DNA from: Acidobacteriota bacterium
GTDB taxonomy: Bacteria > Acidobacteriota > Terriglobia > Acidiferrales > UBA7541
Direction of reading: 5' to 3'
NCBI GenBank assembly: GCA_003140295.1
Contig: PLJR01000171.1
Location: forward strand, 1 to 42,571
Length of the DNA stretch: 42,571 bases
Of this stretch, positions 1-9,839 are shown piece by piece. The position numbers and the translations under genes are program-made. Each line of letters begins with the position of its first letter. Position 1 is the first letter of the stretch. The notes beneath the pieces are model-generated. The model did no database searches. It was not told the DNA's origin and was given only the letters and a program-made list of their open reading frames with translations.

Positions 1-972
1 AATCCGATCTCCATCAGCGGCTACCACATCCGCGAAGCGGGCTCGACGGCGATCCAAGAGCTGGCATTCACTCTGCGGGACGGGGGCGAGTATGTGGAGC
101 ATGCCGTACGCCGAGGCTTGGAGGTGGACGAGTTCGCCCCGCGGCTGTCGTTTTTTTTCAACGCGCACAACGATTTTTTCGAGGAGATCGCCAAGTATCG
201 CGCGGCTCGGCGCATCTGGTACCGCATCATGCGCGAGCGCTTCGGTGCGAGGAATGCGCGCTCCTGCACGCTGCGCTTCCACGCGCAAACGGCGGGCTGC
301 TCCCTTACAGCTCAGCAGCCATACAACAATGTAGTGCGCACGGCTGTCCAAGCACTGGCGGCCGTCATGGGCGGCACACAATCGTTGCACACCAACTCGC
401 TCGACGAGGCGTGGGCGCTGCCTACCGAGCATGCCGCGACGCTGGCATTGCGCACGCAGCAGATCATCGCTTATGAAACCGGCGTCGCGAATACCGCCGA
501 CCCGCTGGGAGGATCGTACTTTGTGGAATCGCTAACCGATGAAATCGAACGCGGCGCGTGCGATTACATTTCAAAAATCGACGCGCTGGGCGGCATGGTA
601 GCGGCCATTGAACGTGGGTACCCGCAGCGCGAAATCGCCGAGGCGTCCTACCAATATCAGCTAGCTGTAGATCGCCGTGACAAGGTCATCGTCGGGGTAA
701 ATGAATATGCCGGCGAGGAGGCGCCGATCGAGGTGCTCCAAATCGACGAAGGGGTGGCGCGACTCCAGGAGGAGGGCCTGCGAAAATTGCGGGCAGAGCG
801 CTCCGGCGAAGAAGTCCGCCGGCGCCTCGACGCGCTGGTTCACGCCGCCGAAGGCGACACCAACCTGATGCCCCTGCTATGCGACGCTGTGAAAGCGTAT
901 GCCACTCTTGGCGAAATCTGCGACGCGCTTCGCGGTGTGTTTGGCGTGTACCAGGAAATTGCCGTTACTTAG
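1..972 (+). CDS. B12-dependent acyl-CoA mutase (methylmalonyl-CoA mutase family) catalytic subunit, C-terminal part; 5' end outside window
   Basis: Frame 1 is open from base 1 ([25 protein letters not shown]...) and runs into ORF 94..972. [32 protein letters not shown] and [20 protein letters not shown] are typical of the mutase TIM-barrel domain. Confidence 0.85.
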   Translation, partial: NPISISGYHIREAGSTAIQELAFTLRDGGEYVEHAVRRGLEVDEFAPRLSFFFNAHNDFFEEIAKYRAARRIWYRIMRERFGARNARSCTLRFHAQTAGCSLTAQQPYNNVVRTAVQALAAVMGGTQSLHTNSLDEAWALPTEHAATLALRTQQIIAYETGVANTADPLGGSYFVESLTDEIERGACDYISKIDALGGMVAAIERGYPQREIAEASYQYQLAVDRRDKVIVGVNEYAGEEAPIEVLQIDEGVARLQEEGLRKLRAERSGEEVRRRLDALVHAAEGDTNLMPLLCDAVKAYATLGEICDALRGVFGVYQEIAVT

Positions 973-1064
973 GCGTATGGCGCAACTGAATCGCACGATG
1001 CGAGGCATTCTCAGGCGAGGAACTCCCGTATCCCGTCGTGCGGGATTGCAGTATTCTGTGTCGC

Positions 1065-1469
1065 ATGTCGCAGCGAAAAATCCGCGTATTGATTGCCAAG
1101 CCGGGACTTGACGGGCACGATCGCGGCGCCAAAATAATCGCGCGGGCTCTGCGCGATGCGGGCATGGAAGTCATTTATACCGGGCTGCGCCAAACGCCGG
1201 AAATGATCGCCTCGGCCGCCGAACAGGAAGACGTGGATGTGATTGGGCTTTCGATACTTTCCGGCGCGCACAACACCATATGCCCCGAACTAATGGCATT
1301 GCTCCGGCAAAAAGGAATGACCGATGTGGCCGTACTGGTGGGCGGCATCATCCCGGCGCCGGATATCCCGGCGCTTAAGGCTGCGGGCATCGCCGGCATC
1401 TTTCTGCCGGGCACGGCTACGCAGGAAATCGTGGAGTTCGTGCGTGCGCATGTCCGCCCTCGAGGATGA
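1065..1469 (+). CDS. separate cobalamin-binding subunit of the acyl-CoA mutase
   Basis: [35 protein letters not shown] carries the DxHxxG B12-binding signature. The internal ATG at 1065 (MSQRKIRV) is preferred over the ORF-track start at 1038. Confidence 0.85.
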   Translation: MSQRKIRVLIAKPGLDGHDRGAKIIARALRDAGMEVIYTGLRQTPEMIASAAEQEDVDVIGLSILSGAHNTICPELMALLRQKGMTDVAVLVGGIIPAPDIPALKAAGIAGIFLPGTATQEIVEFVRAHVRPRG

Positions 1470-1609
1470 CGCGCGCAGGAGTAGAAGTCCGCACACAATT
1501 TGGCTTGCTGTTCATTTACGGGGTCGCTTACCGGCGTGGGGACAAGTTAAACTACCTGGCTTTGTGCCGCGCTACGCCGCGACCGCCTACTTTCTGAGAG
1601 GATTCCACC

Positions 1610-3286
1610 TTGCCAACTTCCCGGCTGGACAGCCGCGTCAACCAAACCTCCGCGGATTATGCGAAAAACTTGCGTCACATGGTGGATTTGCTCGGCAAAA
1701 TAAAGAACCAGGAGGCCATGCTGCACGAGGGCGGCGGTGCTAAAGCCGTCGAGTCCCAGCACAAGAAAGGACGCCTGACGGCGCGCGAACGAATCGCCCT
1801 GCTGGTCGATTCAAAAACGGATTTTTTCGAGTTGGGAGTGTTCGCAGCCTATGAAATGTATCAGGAATTTGGCGGAGCTCCGGCAGCGGGCGTAGTTACG
1901 GGGCTGGGGCACGTCGCGGGGCGCCAGGTGATGATTGTAGCCAATGACGCCACCGTTAAGGCCGGAGCGTTTTTTCCGTTAACCGCCAAAAAAGTGATTC
2001 GCGCCCAGAATATCGCCATCGAAAATCATATTCCGACGATCTACCTGGTGGATTCGGCCGGCATATTTCTGCCGCTGCAGGAAGACGTCTTCCCCGACAC
2101 CGATGATTTCGGGCGCGTCTTCCGCAACAATGCCGTGATGAGCTCGATGGGTATCCCACAGATCACGGCCATTATGGGGATGTGCGTGGCGGGCGGCGCC
2201 TACTTGCCGGTGATGTGCGATCACATCCTGATGACCGAAGGTTCGGGCTTATTTCTGGCCGGGCCGGCGCTGGTGCAGGCGGCGATTGGACAGCGCGTAT
2301 CGGCCGAAGCGTTGGGCGGCGCACGAGTGCATGCCCAGGTGAGCGGCACGGTAGATTTCCGTGAGGTCGACGACAAATCCTGTATCGAAAGGATTCGCGC
2401 CCTCATCGCCGTAATGGGCCATCCGCGGCCGCCGCGTTTCGATCGCATCGAGCCGGTGGCGCCCGCGTATCCCGCCGAGGAAATTTACGGAGTTTTCTCC
2501 GCCGCTCCCGGAAAGCAATACGACATGCACGAAGTGCTTGCGCGCATCGTGGACGGCAGCCGTTTTGAGGAGTATCGGGCGGAGTACGGGCAAACACTTC
2601 TGTGCGGGTACGCGCGCATCGGGGGCTGGGCCGTAGGCATTGTGGCCAATCAAAAGATGCAAGTGCCCACGATCGATCCGGCCTCCGGCGAACGCCGCAT
2701 GGAATTCGGCGGCGTCATCTATACGGAATCGGCCGACAAAGCCGCGCGCTTTATTCTCGACTGCAATCAGAATCTGGTGCCGCTTATTTTCCTGCATGAC
2801 GTCAACGGCTTCATGGTGGGCAAGGAAGCCGAATGGAGCGGCATCATCCGGGCGGGTGCGAAAATGGTGAACGCCGTGGCCAATAGCGTGGTGCCCAAGA
2901 TCACTGTAATACTGGGCGGCAGCTTTGGCGCCGGCAACTACGCCATGTGCGGCAAGGCGTACGATCCCAGATTCATGTTTGCCTGGCCGACCGCGCGCTT
3001 CGCGGTGATGAGCGGCGACTCAGCCGCGAGCACGCTGGTGGAAATTAAGGCGAAGCAGCTCGAGCGCCAGGGCCAGAAACTTTCCGCGAAGGAATTGGCC
3101 GCGCTGCGCGAGTCGGTAATGGAGACGTATGAACAGCAATCGGATCCCCGTTATGCCGCCGCGCGGCTATGGGTGGACGCCATTCTCGATCCGGCGCAAA
3201 CTCGCGAAGCGCTGATTACGTCGCTCGATGCCGCGGCGCTCAATCCCGACGTGCGCGAATTCAAGACGGGTGTCTTGCAAACGTGA
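1610..3286 (+). CDS. acyl-CoA carboxylase carboxyltransferase (beta) subunit, probably methylcrotonyl-CoA carboxylase beta
   Basis: 558 aa with VANDATVKAGAFFP, GGAYLPVMCD and LHDVNGFMVG. TTG start preceded by GAGAGGA. The methylcrotonyl assignment rests on the neighbouring HMG-CoA lyase and hydratase genes. Confidence 0.8.
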   Translation: MPTSRLDSRVNQTSADYAKNLRHMVDLLGKIKNQEAMLHEGGGAKAVESQHKKGRLTARERIALLVDSKTDFFELGVFAAYEMYQEFGGAPAAGVVTGLGHVAGRQVMIVANDATVKAGAFFPLTAKKVIRAQNIAIENHIPTIYLVDSAGIFLPLQEDVFPDTDDFGRVFRNNAVMSSMGIPQITAIMGMCVAGGAYLPVMCDHILMTEGSGLFLAGPALVQAAIGQRVSAEALGGARVHAQVSGTVDFREVDDKSCIERIRALIAVMGHPRPPRFDRIEPVAPAYPAEEIYGVFSAAPGKQYDMHEVLARIVDGSRFEEYRAEYGQTLLCGYARIGGWAVGIVANQKMQVPTIDPASGERRMEFGGVIYTESADKAARFILDCNQNLVPLIFLHDVNGFMVGKEAEWSGIIRAGAKMVNAVANSVVPKITVILGGSFGAGNYAMCGKAYDPRFMFAWPTARFAVMSGDSAASTLVEIKAKQLERQGQKLSAKELAALRESVMETYEQQSDPRYAAARLWVDAILDPAQTREALITSLDAAALNPDVREFKTGVLQT

Positions 3287-3340
3287 GGGGCTGCGCCTGA
3301 CGCAGCGCGTGACGCAACGACAAAGGCTTCTCTTCTTCCC

Positions 3341-4264
3341 ATGAACAACGGCAAAGGCGGCGGTGTGAAGGGCCAGGGAAAGAACAACGTCAAAATCGTG
3401 GAATGCCCCCGCGACGCGTGGCAAGGCTTGCCGGGCCAAATACCCGCCGAGGTAAAAGCGTCCTATTTGCGCTTGTTGGTTGACGCGGGATTTCGCCATA
3501 TCGATGCCGTAAGCTTTGTCTCGCCCCAGCACGTTCGGCAAAGCTCCGATAGCGAGGTGGTGCTCGAGTCGTTTTTTTCCTCGCTCCCTGCGAATAGCGC
3601 CTCGCCAGAAATTATTGGCATTGTCGTAAACGAAAAGGGCGCTGAACGGGCTCTCGCGTCGCGCGGCGTTACCACGCTCGGATACCCGTACTCCATCTCC
3701 GCATATTTTCGCCGCGCCAATGCCAACATGTCGCGCTCGGAGTCGCGCGAACTGGTCGAGCAATTGCGCAAAGCCACCGTCACCGCGCATCGCGACATGG
3801 TCGTGTACATTTCCATGGCTTTTGGCAATCCGTACGAGGAACCGTGGGGTGTTGAAATCGTGGAAGACGCGCTGCTCTGGCTTGCGAGCGTGGGGATAGG
3901 GACGGTCTCGTTGGCGGATACCGTCGGAACGGCGACCCCCGAAGAAGTGGGTTCCCTCTATAGCGCCGTGAAAGGATGTGCAGAAGGCCTGGAATTGGGC
4001 GTGCATCTGCACAGCCGCCCGGAAGGCGCCGCAGAAAAAGTAATGTCCGCATATAATGCCGGCTGTCGCCGATTCGATTCGGCTCTCACCGGATTGGGCG
4101 GCTGCCCGTTTGCCGGCGACGACCTGGTGGGCAACATTGCCACCGAAACCGTCATCCGCGTGTTATCTGAAAACGGAATCGACACCGAATTGGGGTTAGC
4201 GGACTTGGCGCCGGCTATGATCCAGATGCATGAGATTCGCGACAAATATTCGGTGGCAGGCTGA
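3341..4264 (+). CDS. hydroxymethylglutaryl-CoA lyase-like (DRE-TIM metallolyase)
   Basis: VKIVECPRDAWQG, LADTVGTATP, GVHLHSRPEG and GLGGCPFAG follow the HMG-CoA lyase pattern. Confidence 0.75.
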   Translation: MNNGKGGGVKGQGKNNVKIVECPRDAWQGLPGQIPAEVKASYLRLLVDAGFRHIDAVSFVSPQHVRQSSDSEVVLESFFSSLPANSASPEIIGIVVNEKGAERALASRGVTTLGYPYSISAYFRRANANMSRSESRELVEQLRKATVTAHRDMVVYISMAFGNPYEEPWGVEIVEDALLWLASVGIGTVSLADTVGTATPEEVGSLYSAVKGCAEGLELGVHLHSRPEGAAEKVMSAYNAGCRRFDSALTGLGGCPFAGDDLVGNIATETVIRVLSENGIDTELGLADLAPAMIQMHEIRDKYSVAG

Positions 4265-4266
4265 CG

Positions 4267-5067
4267 ATGTCTTCTCCCTATAACACAATAAAGCTTACCT
4301 ACGATGAGGGCTTGTCCGGCAACCTTGCGACCATCACGCTGAGTCGGCCGGAAAAGCGCAACGCCATCTCCAAAGAGATGATCGAGGAGCTGCTTTCCGT
4401 GCTGGGCGCGCTCGAGACCGGGCCGGCTCGGGTGGTGATGATTACCGGCGAGGGCCGGGCGTTTTGCTCGGGCATGGACTTAGACTCCTTAAAGGCGCTG
4501 GCCGGGCAACCAGCGGACGAAAATTTCGCGGACGCACGGCGCACGGCGAGCCTGTTTCGGCGTTTGTGGAGCTATCCAAAGCCGTTGATTGCCGCCGTGA
4601 ATGGGGCGGCACTCGCCGGGGGATGCGGCATCGCGACGCTCTGCGACTTCACGCTGGCTGCGCCGGAGGCCGTGTTCGGTTACACGGAAGTGCGCGTGGG
4701 ATTCATTCCTGCTCTGGTGGCGCTGTATCTCGAGCGGCAGGTGGGAGAAAAGATCGCTCGCGATCTGCTGCTTACGGGCCGAGTGCTGAGCCCCGATGAG
4801 TCCCGCGCCCTCGGCTTGGTGACGCGCGTCGTCCCGGCTGGCGAACTGCTTTCCACGGCGCGAGATGTGGCGGCGACCCTCATAGCCAATAGTCCCGGCG
4901 CTATTACCGCGACCAAACGGCTGCTGGTGCGCTCGAGCGAAGCGGAAATCGACCGGCGCATCGAGATGGCCATCGCCGCAAGCGTCGCAATCCGGGCGAC
5001 GCCGGATTTCGCGGAAGGTCTGGCGGCATTTTTAGAAAAACGCCAGCCGCGCTGGTCGGGCCGATGA
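4267..5067 (+). CDS. enoyl-CoA hydratase/isomerase family (methylglutaconyl-CoA hydratase by context)
   Basis: ITLSRPEKRNAIS, GEGRAFCSGMDL and AAVNGAALAGGCGIATLCD are crotonase-fold motifs. Confidence 0.8.
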   Translation: MSSPYNTIKLTYDEGLSGNLATITLSRPEKRNAISKEMIEELLSVLGALETGPARVVMITGEGRAFCSGMDLDSLKALAGQPADENFADARRTASLFRRLWSYPKPLIAAVNGAALAGGCGIATLCDFTLAAPEAVFGYTEVRVGFIPALVALYLERQVGEKIARDLLLTGRVLSPDESRALGLVTRVVPAGELLSTARDVAATLIANSPGAITATKRLLVRSSEAEIDRRIEMAIAASVAIRATPDFAEGLAAFLEKRQPRWSGR

Positions 5068-5495
5068 GTTTCTCCGAAATCACCGCACGCGTGCGTTACG
5101 CGGAGACCGACCAGATGGGCGTGGTCTATCATGCCCACTACTATGTTTATTTCGAGATTGGGCGCGTGGAATTGATGCGCACCCGCGGCGTAGCCTACAA
5201 GGAGATGGAAGAGCGCGATGACGCCTACATCGTCGTGGCCGAATCACACTGCCGGCACCTTCAACCGGCGCGTTATGATGACTTACTTCGCATCCGAACC
5301 CGCGTCGCGGAGGCGCGCCGGCGCACCATACGCTTTGCCTACGAAATCCTGAACGATAGCAATGGCGAGTTGCTCGCAACGGGTGAAACTCTGCATGTGA
5401 TCTGCAATCGCGAGGGACGCCCGAAAGCTCTTCCAGATAAATATCGCGAGCTATTCCCAGTGTCTGAACATGGAGGCGCCGAGCCTGAGCGGTAG
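5064..5495 (+). CDS. acyl-CoA thioesterase, 4HBT/YbgC family
   Basis: VRYAETDQMGVVYHAHYYVYFEIGRVELMR is the hotdog-fold YbgC-type N-terminus. There is a 4-bp overlap with the upstream gene. Confidence 0.8.
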   Translation: MSFSEITARVRYAETDQMGVVYHAHYYVYFEIGRVELMRTRGVAYKEMEERDDAYIVVAESHCRHLQPARYDDLLRIRTRVAEARRRTIRFAYEILNDSNGELLATGETLHVICNREGRPKALPDKYRELFPVSEHGGAEPER

Positions 5496-5501
5496 GCTAC
5501 T

Positions 5502-5583
5502 GTTCACTTCTTAGGTTCACGCCAACCGGGTTCGCGCCGGGCGTTCACGCCCAGGCGTTCAAGCCCAGCATTCAAGCTAAGTT
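5502..5583. repeat. six degenerate tandem copies of a ~14-bp unit (GTTCAC/GTTCGC/GTTCAA...)
   Basis: GTTCAC at 5502, 5515 and 5543; GTTCGC at 5530; GTTCAA at 5557; ATTCAA at 5570. Spacing is 13-15 bp. The repeats sit in the convergent gap between the thioesterase and the hydrolase. Confidence 0.6.
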
Positions 5584-6609
5584 ACGAAACAAGAACAACC
5601 CCATGCGTAAAGCTGCGGCGTAGCTGAAGGGCGCGAGTTCCAGCGAGTAGTGCCCGCACGGCAGAAACAATACTTCGTTCTCAATGCCCTCTCTGCGAAT
5701 CTCCCGGATAATGTCCATAGAAAACTCCGGCCAGAATGTTTGGTCATAGGCGGCTGTGACCATGAACATTTTCTGCGTACCACCACGCATAAGCCGCAGA
5801 TACGGAAACGGGCTGATGGGCGCCCAGAACCGCCGCAACTCGTCTGCGGTAACCTGCGCGCGCAGCGCTTCCCACACATGCGAGGTGTTCATGCCCGTCC
5901 GCACGACGTCGGCGAAATACGTGGACACGTGCAGAAACGCTCCCGCGCGCACCAGAGTATCGTGGGCCATGGCGATCGAGCCCACCGCCGACCCGATGCT
6001 GGTGCCCACAATGCCGAGCTTCCCGTAGCCCTGTTGCGCCAGCCATAAAAGGCAGCGGCGAACGTCCAGCACCGCCTGCCGGTTGGCCTGTAAGGTGAGC
6101 CCGATGTTCGGCCCTACGAGATAATCGGCACGCTCATGTCCCGGAATCATTCGCCGGTCGTGATAAGGCAGCGAAATTCGCAGCGCGGAAATTCCCATGT
6201 GGTTCAGCCAGCGGCAAATGTTTACCTGCGAATCCCATTGGGCATTCCATTGCGGCAGGACCACGACCGCGGGCCCACCATTGCGAACCGCAAAAAAACG
6301 CGCATGCACCAGGTTATTTTCCGGCCAGGGAGATTGCAACTGGCTGGTAAACGTGAGCACCCGCGCGCTGCCGGCAGTTTCCGCGGAATGCAGATGGTAG
6401 TCATTGGCGGGCGAGGCCGCGTACCAATCTCTACTATCCGCGAGTGTCCGCGCTACCCAGGCGTTGAGAAACCCGCGTGGGTCAGCGGCACCGGCGGAAC
6501 CTCCGATGTGCTCCAACCCCCATTCAAACGGCAGCACGCGGCGGTTGCTGTCCGTCGTCCAGCGCTGGTGTTCATATCGGCGAATCGCTTGTTCCAGCGG
6601 CCAAGGCAT
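5572..6609 (-). CDS. alpha/beta-fold hydrolase, unknown substrate
   Basis: 345-aa ORF with a GxSxG nucleophile elbow (IVGTSIGSAVG). No closer family recognised. Confidence 0.55.
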   Translation of the reverse strand: MPWPLEQAIRRYEHQRWTTDSNRRVLPFEWGLEHIGGSAGAADPRGFLNAWVARTLADSRDWYAASPANDYHLHSAETAGSARVLTFTSQLQSPWPENNLVHARFFAVRNGGPAVVVLPQWNAQWDSQVNICRWLNHMGISALRISLPYHDRRMIPGHERADYLVGPNIGLTLQANRQAVLDVRRCLLWLAQQGYGKLGIVGTSIGSAVGSIAMAHDTLVRAGAFLHVSTYFADVVRTGMNTSHVWEALRAQVTADELRRFWAPISPFPYLRLMRGGTQKMFMVTAAYDQTFWPEFSMDIIREIRREGIENEVLFLPCGHYSLELAPFSYAAALRMGLFLFRNLA

Positions 6610-6713
6610 GCTCTCGAATTATCGCATAACGGGAAGACCGCTCCGACGGTGAGGTCAGCGTAGGGCGGTCTGCACGAGCGTTAGGAATCGGGCACGTTTC
6701 GAGGCAACGCAGA

Positions 6714-7580
6714 TTGAGGTCGCCCGCCCGTTGTGGCACAGTTCATGTCGTGATTGTCGCTGGCGTCTTTCTGCTGGGCCTGATTATTGGCAGCTTTCTG
6801 AACGTCTGCATCTTGCGCATTCCACGTGCGGAATCGGTGGTGCTGCCGGCATCGCACTGCACTGCCTGCAACTCGGAAATCAAGCCTTACGACAATATCC
6901 CCGTACTGAGCTGGCTGATACTGGGCGGGCGCTGTCGCAAATGCAAGGCGCGCATTTCCGCGCTTTATCCCACCGTAGAGCTGGTTACCGGGCTGCTCTT
7001 CGTCGCTTGCTATCTAGTCTTTGGCATCACCGCGGAGGGGCTTAAATGGGCGGTGTTCGCGGCGCTTATGGTCGTTCTGACCGTTACCGATTTTCGCGAG
7101 CGCATTTTGCCTGACAAGGTGAATTTCGTGGGCTTAGGACTAGGGCTTCTGCTCAGCTTGTTCACACGCCCCATCGATGGTACCGCACTATGGTTATCGA
7201 GCCACCTGTTCGCGTTTCCGCCGCCGCAGCCGGTGATTTCCATTCTTGATTCCTTGCTTGGCGCTATTGGAGCAAGCGGTCTGCTTTGGCTGGTCGCGGA
7301 GGGATACTTTCGCGCTCGCGGCCGCGAAGGTATGGGGCTGGGCGATGTGAAGATGATGGCCATGGCTGGCGCGTTTTTGGGATTGCAACGCGCGCTTCTG
7401 ACGATCTTGCTGGGGTCGCTGCTCGGAAGTTTTATCGGCGTGGCGGTTATTGCCCTGTGGCGAAAAGGGCGGGATTTTGAACTCCCCTTCGGAACTTTCC
7501 TCGGTGCGGGAGCCTTGCTCGTGGTTTTTTTTGGTTCAGCAACCCTCGCGTGGTACCGTTCCTTCTTGACGGTGCGCTAG
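6714..7580 (+). CDS. pilD: prepilin peptidase / N-methyltransferase (A24 family)
   Basis: FLNVCILRIP, the Cys pairs HCTACNSEI...GGRCRKCKARIS, and the aspartyl-protease motif GMGLGDVKMM. The exact start is uncertain (TTG at 6714). Confidence 0.85.
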   Translation: MRSPARCGTVHVVIVAGVFLLGLIIGSFLNVCILRIPRAESVVLPASHCTACNSEIKPYDNIPVLSWLILGGRCRKCKARISALYPTVELVTGLLFVACYLVFGITAEGLKWAVFAALMVVLTVTDFRERILPDKVNFVGLGLGLLLSLFTRPIDGTALWLSSHLFAFPPPQPVISILDSLLGAIGASGLLWLVAEGYFRARGREGMGLGDVKMMAMAGAFLGLQRALLTILLGSLLGSFIGVAVIALWRKGRDFELPFGTFLGAGALLVVFFGSATLAWYRSFLTVR

Positions 7581-7586
7581 AAGGGC

Positions 7587-9038
7587 ATGCTCGATATCGT
7601 TTCAGACATGTCGGTTGAGCTGATCAGGGGCCGCGTGACGGTCGCCGGCTTTCTGGCCGACCCCCGGCCACCACAGATTGGCATGATGTGGCTCCTCGGC
7701 GGAGTGGTGCTCATCGTAATGGTTCTCGGGGGGACGTATTTGTTCTCCTACCTGCTTCGCCGCGTGCTTGGCGGTAAGCCGGCGCCCACCGAAGATCTTT
7801 TTTCCGCCAAACCCTCTACCGATAACCCCACCGCATTTATGGCCGCCTCGATGCAGGCCGTCATCCAGAAGCTGCGCGACCAGGAAAAAGAGTTGGCCGC
7901 GCTGCACCGCCGCGATCGCGAGCGCGCCCAGCAGACCGAGCGGCTTAGTGAAGCGGTTACTCGCAACATGCCCGCCGGCTTGCTGCTGGTCAGTTCCGCG
8001 GGCCTGGTTACCAGCGCCAACCCGGCCGCGGAAGTCGCTCTCGGCATTCGCGCCTTGTCCTACCGCCGCTATACCGAAGTGCTGGGCCGCGATACGCCCC
8101 TGGCAAAATTGCTGGACGCCTGTCTACGGGAAGGCCGCACGTTCCGGCGCGAAGAAATCGAATACACCACTCCCGAAGGCGAAACCCGGCGCCTCGGGGT
8201 GACCATTTCTCCAATCTTGAATATTAGCCGGCGCATTGCCGGTGCACAGGCGGCGCCGCGAAAAGTTACCGGCGCTCTGTGCCTGCTCGCGGACCTGAGC
8301 GAGCTGGCCGCGCTCCAGAAGCAAGTGCTGATGAAGGAAAGCCTTGCGGCCCTCGGCGAGCTGTCGGCAGGCATCGCGCATGAATTCAAGAATTCGCTGG
8401 CGACGATTTCCGGTTACGCGCAGCTTATCCGTGGCGAATCCGACGGTGACATTGCGGATAACGCCAAGCGCATCCTGGAACAGACCCGCGCACTGGCCCA
8501 CGTGGTTACGGAGTTTCTGAAGTTTGCGCGACCTATGGATCTGATGGATGAAGAGATTGCCGTCGGCTCGTTGATCGACCGCGTCATCGCGGAAGTGTGT
8601 GATGTGGTGGCGGATGTGGAGCTGTCCCGTTCGGGCGATTTCGAGAATATTTCAGGTGATGAGGCGCTGCTGCGGCAAGCCCTGCTCAACCTGACGCGCA
8701 ATGCCGCGGAGGCCGCCGCCGGCGTGAGCCAACGCGGGCGGGTAAGCCTTCAAGGCTCCATCGAGCATACCGCCGCGCAGTCGGTGCAACGTATTTCGGT
8801 TATCGATAATGGGCCGGGGATTCCCATCGCCGACCTGTCCCGTATTTTCGTGCCTTTCTACACCACTAAGGCCAATGGGACAGGCCTGGGCCTGGCCATC
8901 GTGCAGAAGATCATTGTGCAACATGGCGGCACCGTGGAAGCGCGCAACCAGCCCCAAGGAGGCGCCGAGTTTATCATTTGGCTACCGCTCAGCAGGAGGA
9001 CATCCGCGGGCGTTGATTCTGTCGCCAGCAGCGTCTAA
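7587..9038 (+). CDS. membrane-anchored sensor histidine kinase (NtrB/PilS-like)
   Basis: N-terminal TM segment; H-box AGIAHEFKNSLATISGYAQL; N-box LLNLTRNAAEA; G-boxes IDNGPGI and GTGLGLAIV. Confidence 0.85.
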   Translation: MLDIVSDMSVELIRGRVTVAGFLADPRPPQIGMMWLLGGVVLIVMVLGGTYLFSYLLRRVLGGKPAPTEDLFSAKPSTDNPTAFMAASMQAVIQKLRDQEKELAALHRRDRERAQQTERLSEAVTRNMPAGLLLVSSAGLVTSANPAAEVALGIRALSYRRYTEVLGRDTPLAKLLDACLREGRTFRREEIEYTTPEGETRRLGVTISPILNISRRIAGAQAAPRKVTGALCLLADLSELAALQKQVLMKESLAALGELSAGIAHEFKNSLATISGYAQLIRGESDGDIADNAKRILEQTRALAHVVTEFLKFARPMDLMDEEIAVGSLIDRVIAEVCDVVADVELSRSGDFENISGDEALLRQALLNLTRNAAEAAAGVSQRGRVSLQGSIEHTAAQSVQRISVIDNGPGIPIADLSRIFVPFYTTKANGTGLGLAIVQKIIVQHGGTVEARNQPQGGAEFIIWLPLSRRTSAGVDSVASSV

Positions 9039-9113
9039 AATACGTCGAGCGAATGTTCTTCGCGCCCCCCGAAAGGCGGCTCCGCTATGCATTCATATTT
9101 GCTGGATACAATC

Positions 9114-9743
9114 ATGAAGCCGGCTCGCAAACACGGTCCGTGTGTCCTGGGATTCGCCCTGCTGATGATTCCGGGAATTTTCGCCCATACCGCGGAGGCG
9201 ACCGCGCGGCCGCAGGACTCGGTGGTAGACGCCGCCCGAAAAGCCCGCGAACAGCAGAAGACGGGCCAAAAGGCGGCTAAGGTATATACCAACGACGATC
9301 TAAGCCATCTGAAAGGTGACGTTTCCGTCGTTGGGCAAGCTCCTGCCGCGCCTTCCACTGCAGCCGCGCCCGGCGAAAAGACCCCTGCCGCCACTGCGCC
9401 TGAATCCGGACCCCAGGATGAGCTTTATTGGCGGCACAAATTTGCTGACGCTCGCAAGAAGCTCGCAGATGACTCCAAAGAGCTGGATATCATGCAACGG
9501 GAGTACAACCTGAAGCTGCAGCAATTCTACGCTGATCCTAACGCGGCGTTGCGCGAACAGTACGATCGCAAGGACCTCGACGACACCAACGTCAAGATCA
9601 ACGAAAAGAAAGCGGATGTGGAGAAGGACAAGCAAGCCGTCTCCGACCTGCAAGACGCTCTACGCAAGTCCGGCGGCGACCCAGGCTGGTCAATCGAACC
9701 TCCGGCCAACAGCAGTTCGGCGCCGCTGGTCCCACAAGGTTAG
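9114..9743 (+). CDS. secreted hypothetical protein with a coiled-coil-like charged C-terminal half
   Basis: Signal-peptide-like MKPARKHGPCVLGFALLMIPGIFAHTAEA from the internal ATG at 9114, followed by an Ala/Pro-rich then Lys/Asp/Glu-rich sequence. No family recognised. Confidence 0.5.
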   Translation: MKPARKHGPCVLGFALLMIPGIFAHTAEATARPQDSVVDAARKAREQQKTGQKAAKVYTNDDLSHLKGDVSVVGQAPAAPSTAAAPGEKTPAATAPESGPQDELYWRHKFADARKKLADDSKELDIMQREYNLKLQQFYADPNAALREQYDRKDLDDTNVKINEKKADVEKDKQAVSDLQDALRKSGGDPGWSIEPPANSSSAPLVPQG

Positions 9744-9839
9744 GCTTAAGTAGGATTCGCCGTCATTCCTGTGCCACTCTCCACACATCTGCGCGTGGAT
9801 GCCCGCGCCACCCCGCCGGTCCATGATAGAACCTCACGC

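Noticed and set aside
6725-6745. TGGCAC at 6728, and similar strings at 34285 and 35780, considered as sigma54 -24 elements.
   Set aside because: None has the TTGC(A/T) -12 element at the required 5-nt spacing, and all lie inside coding sequence.
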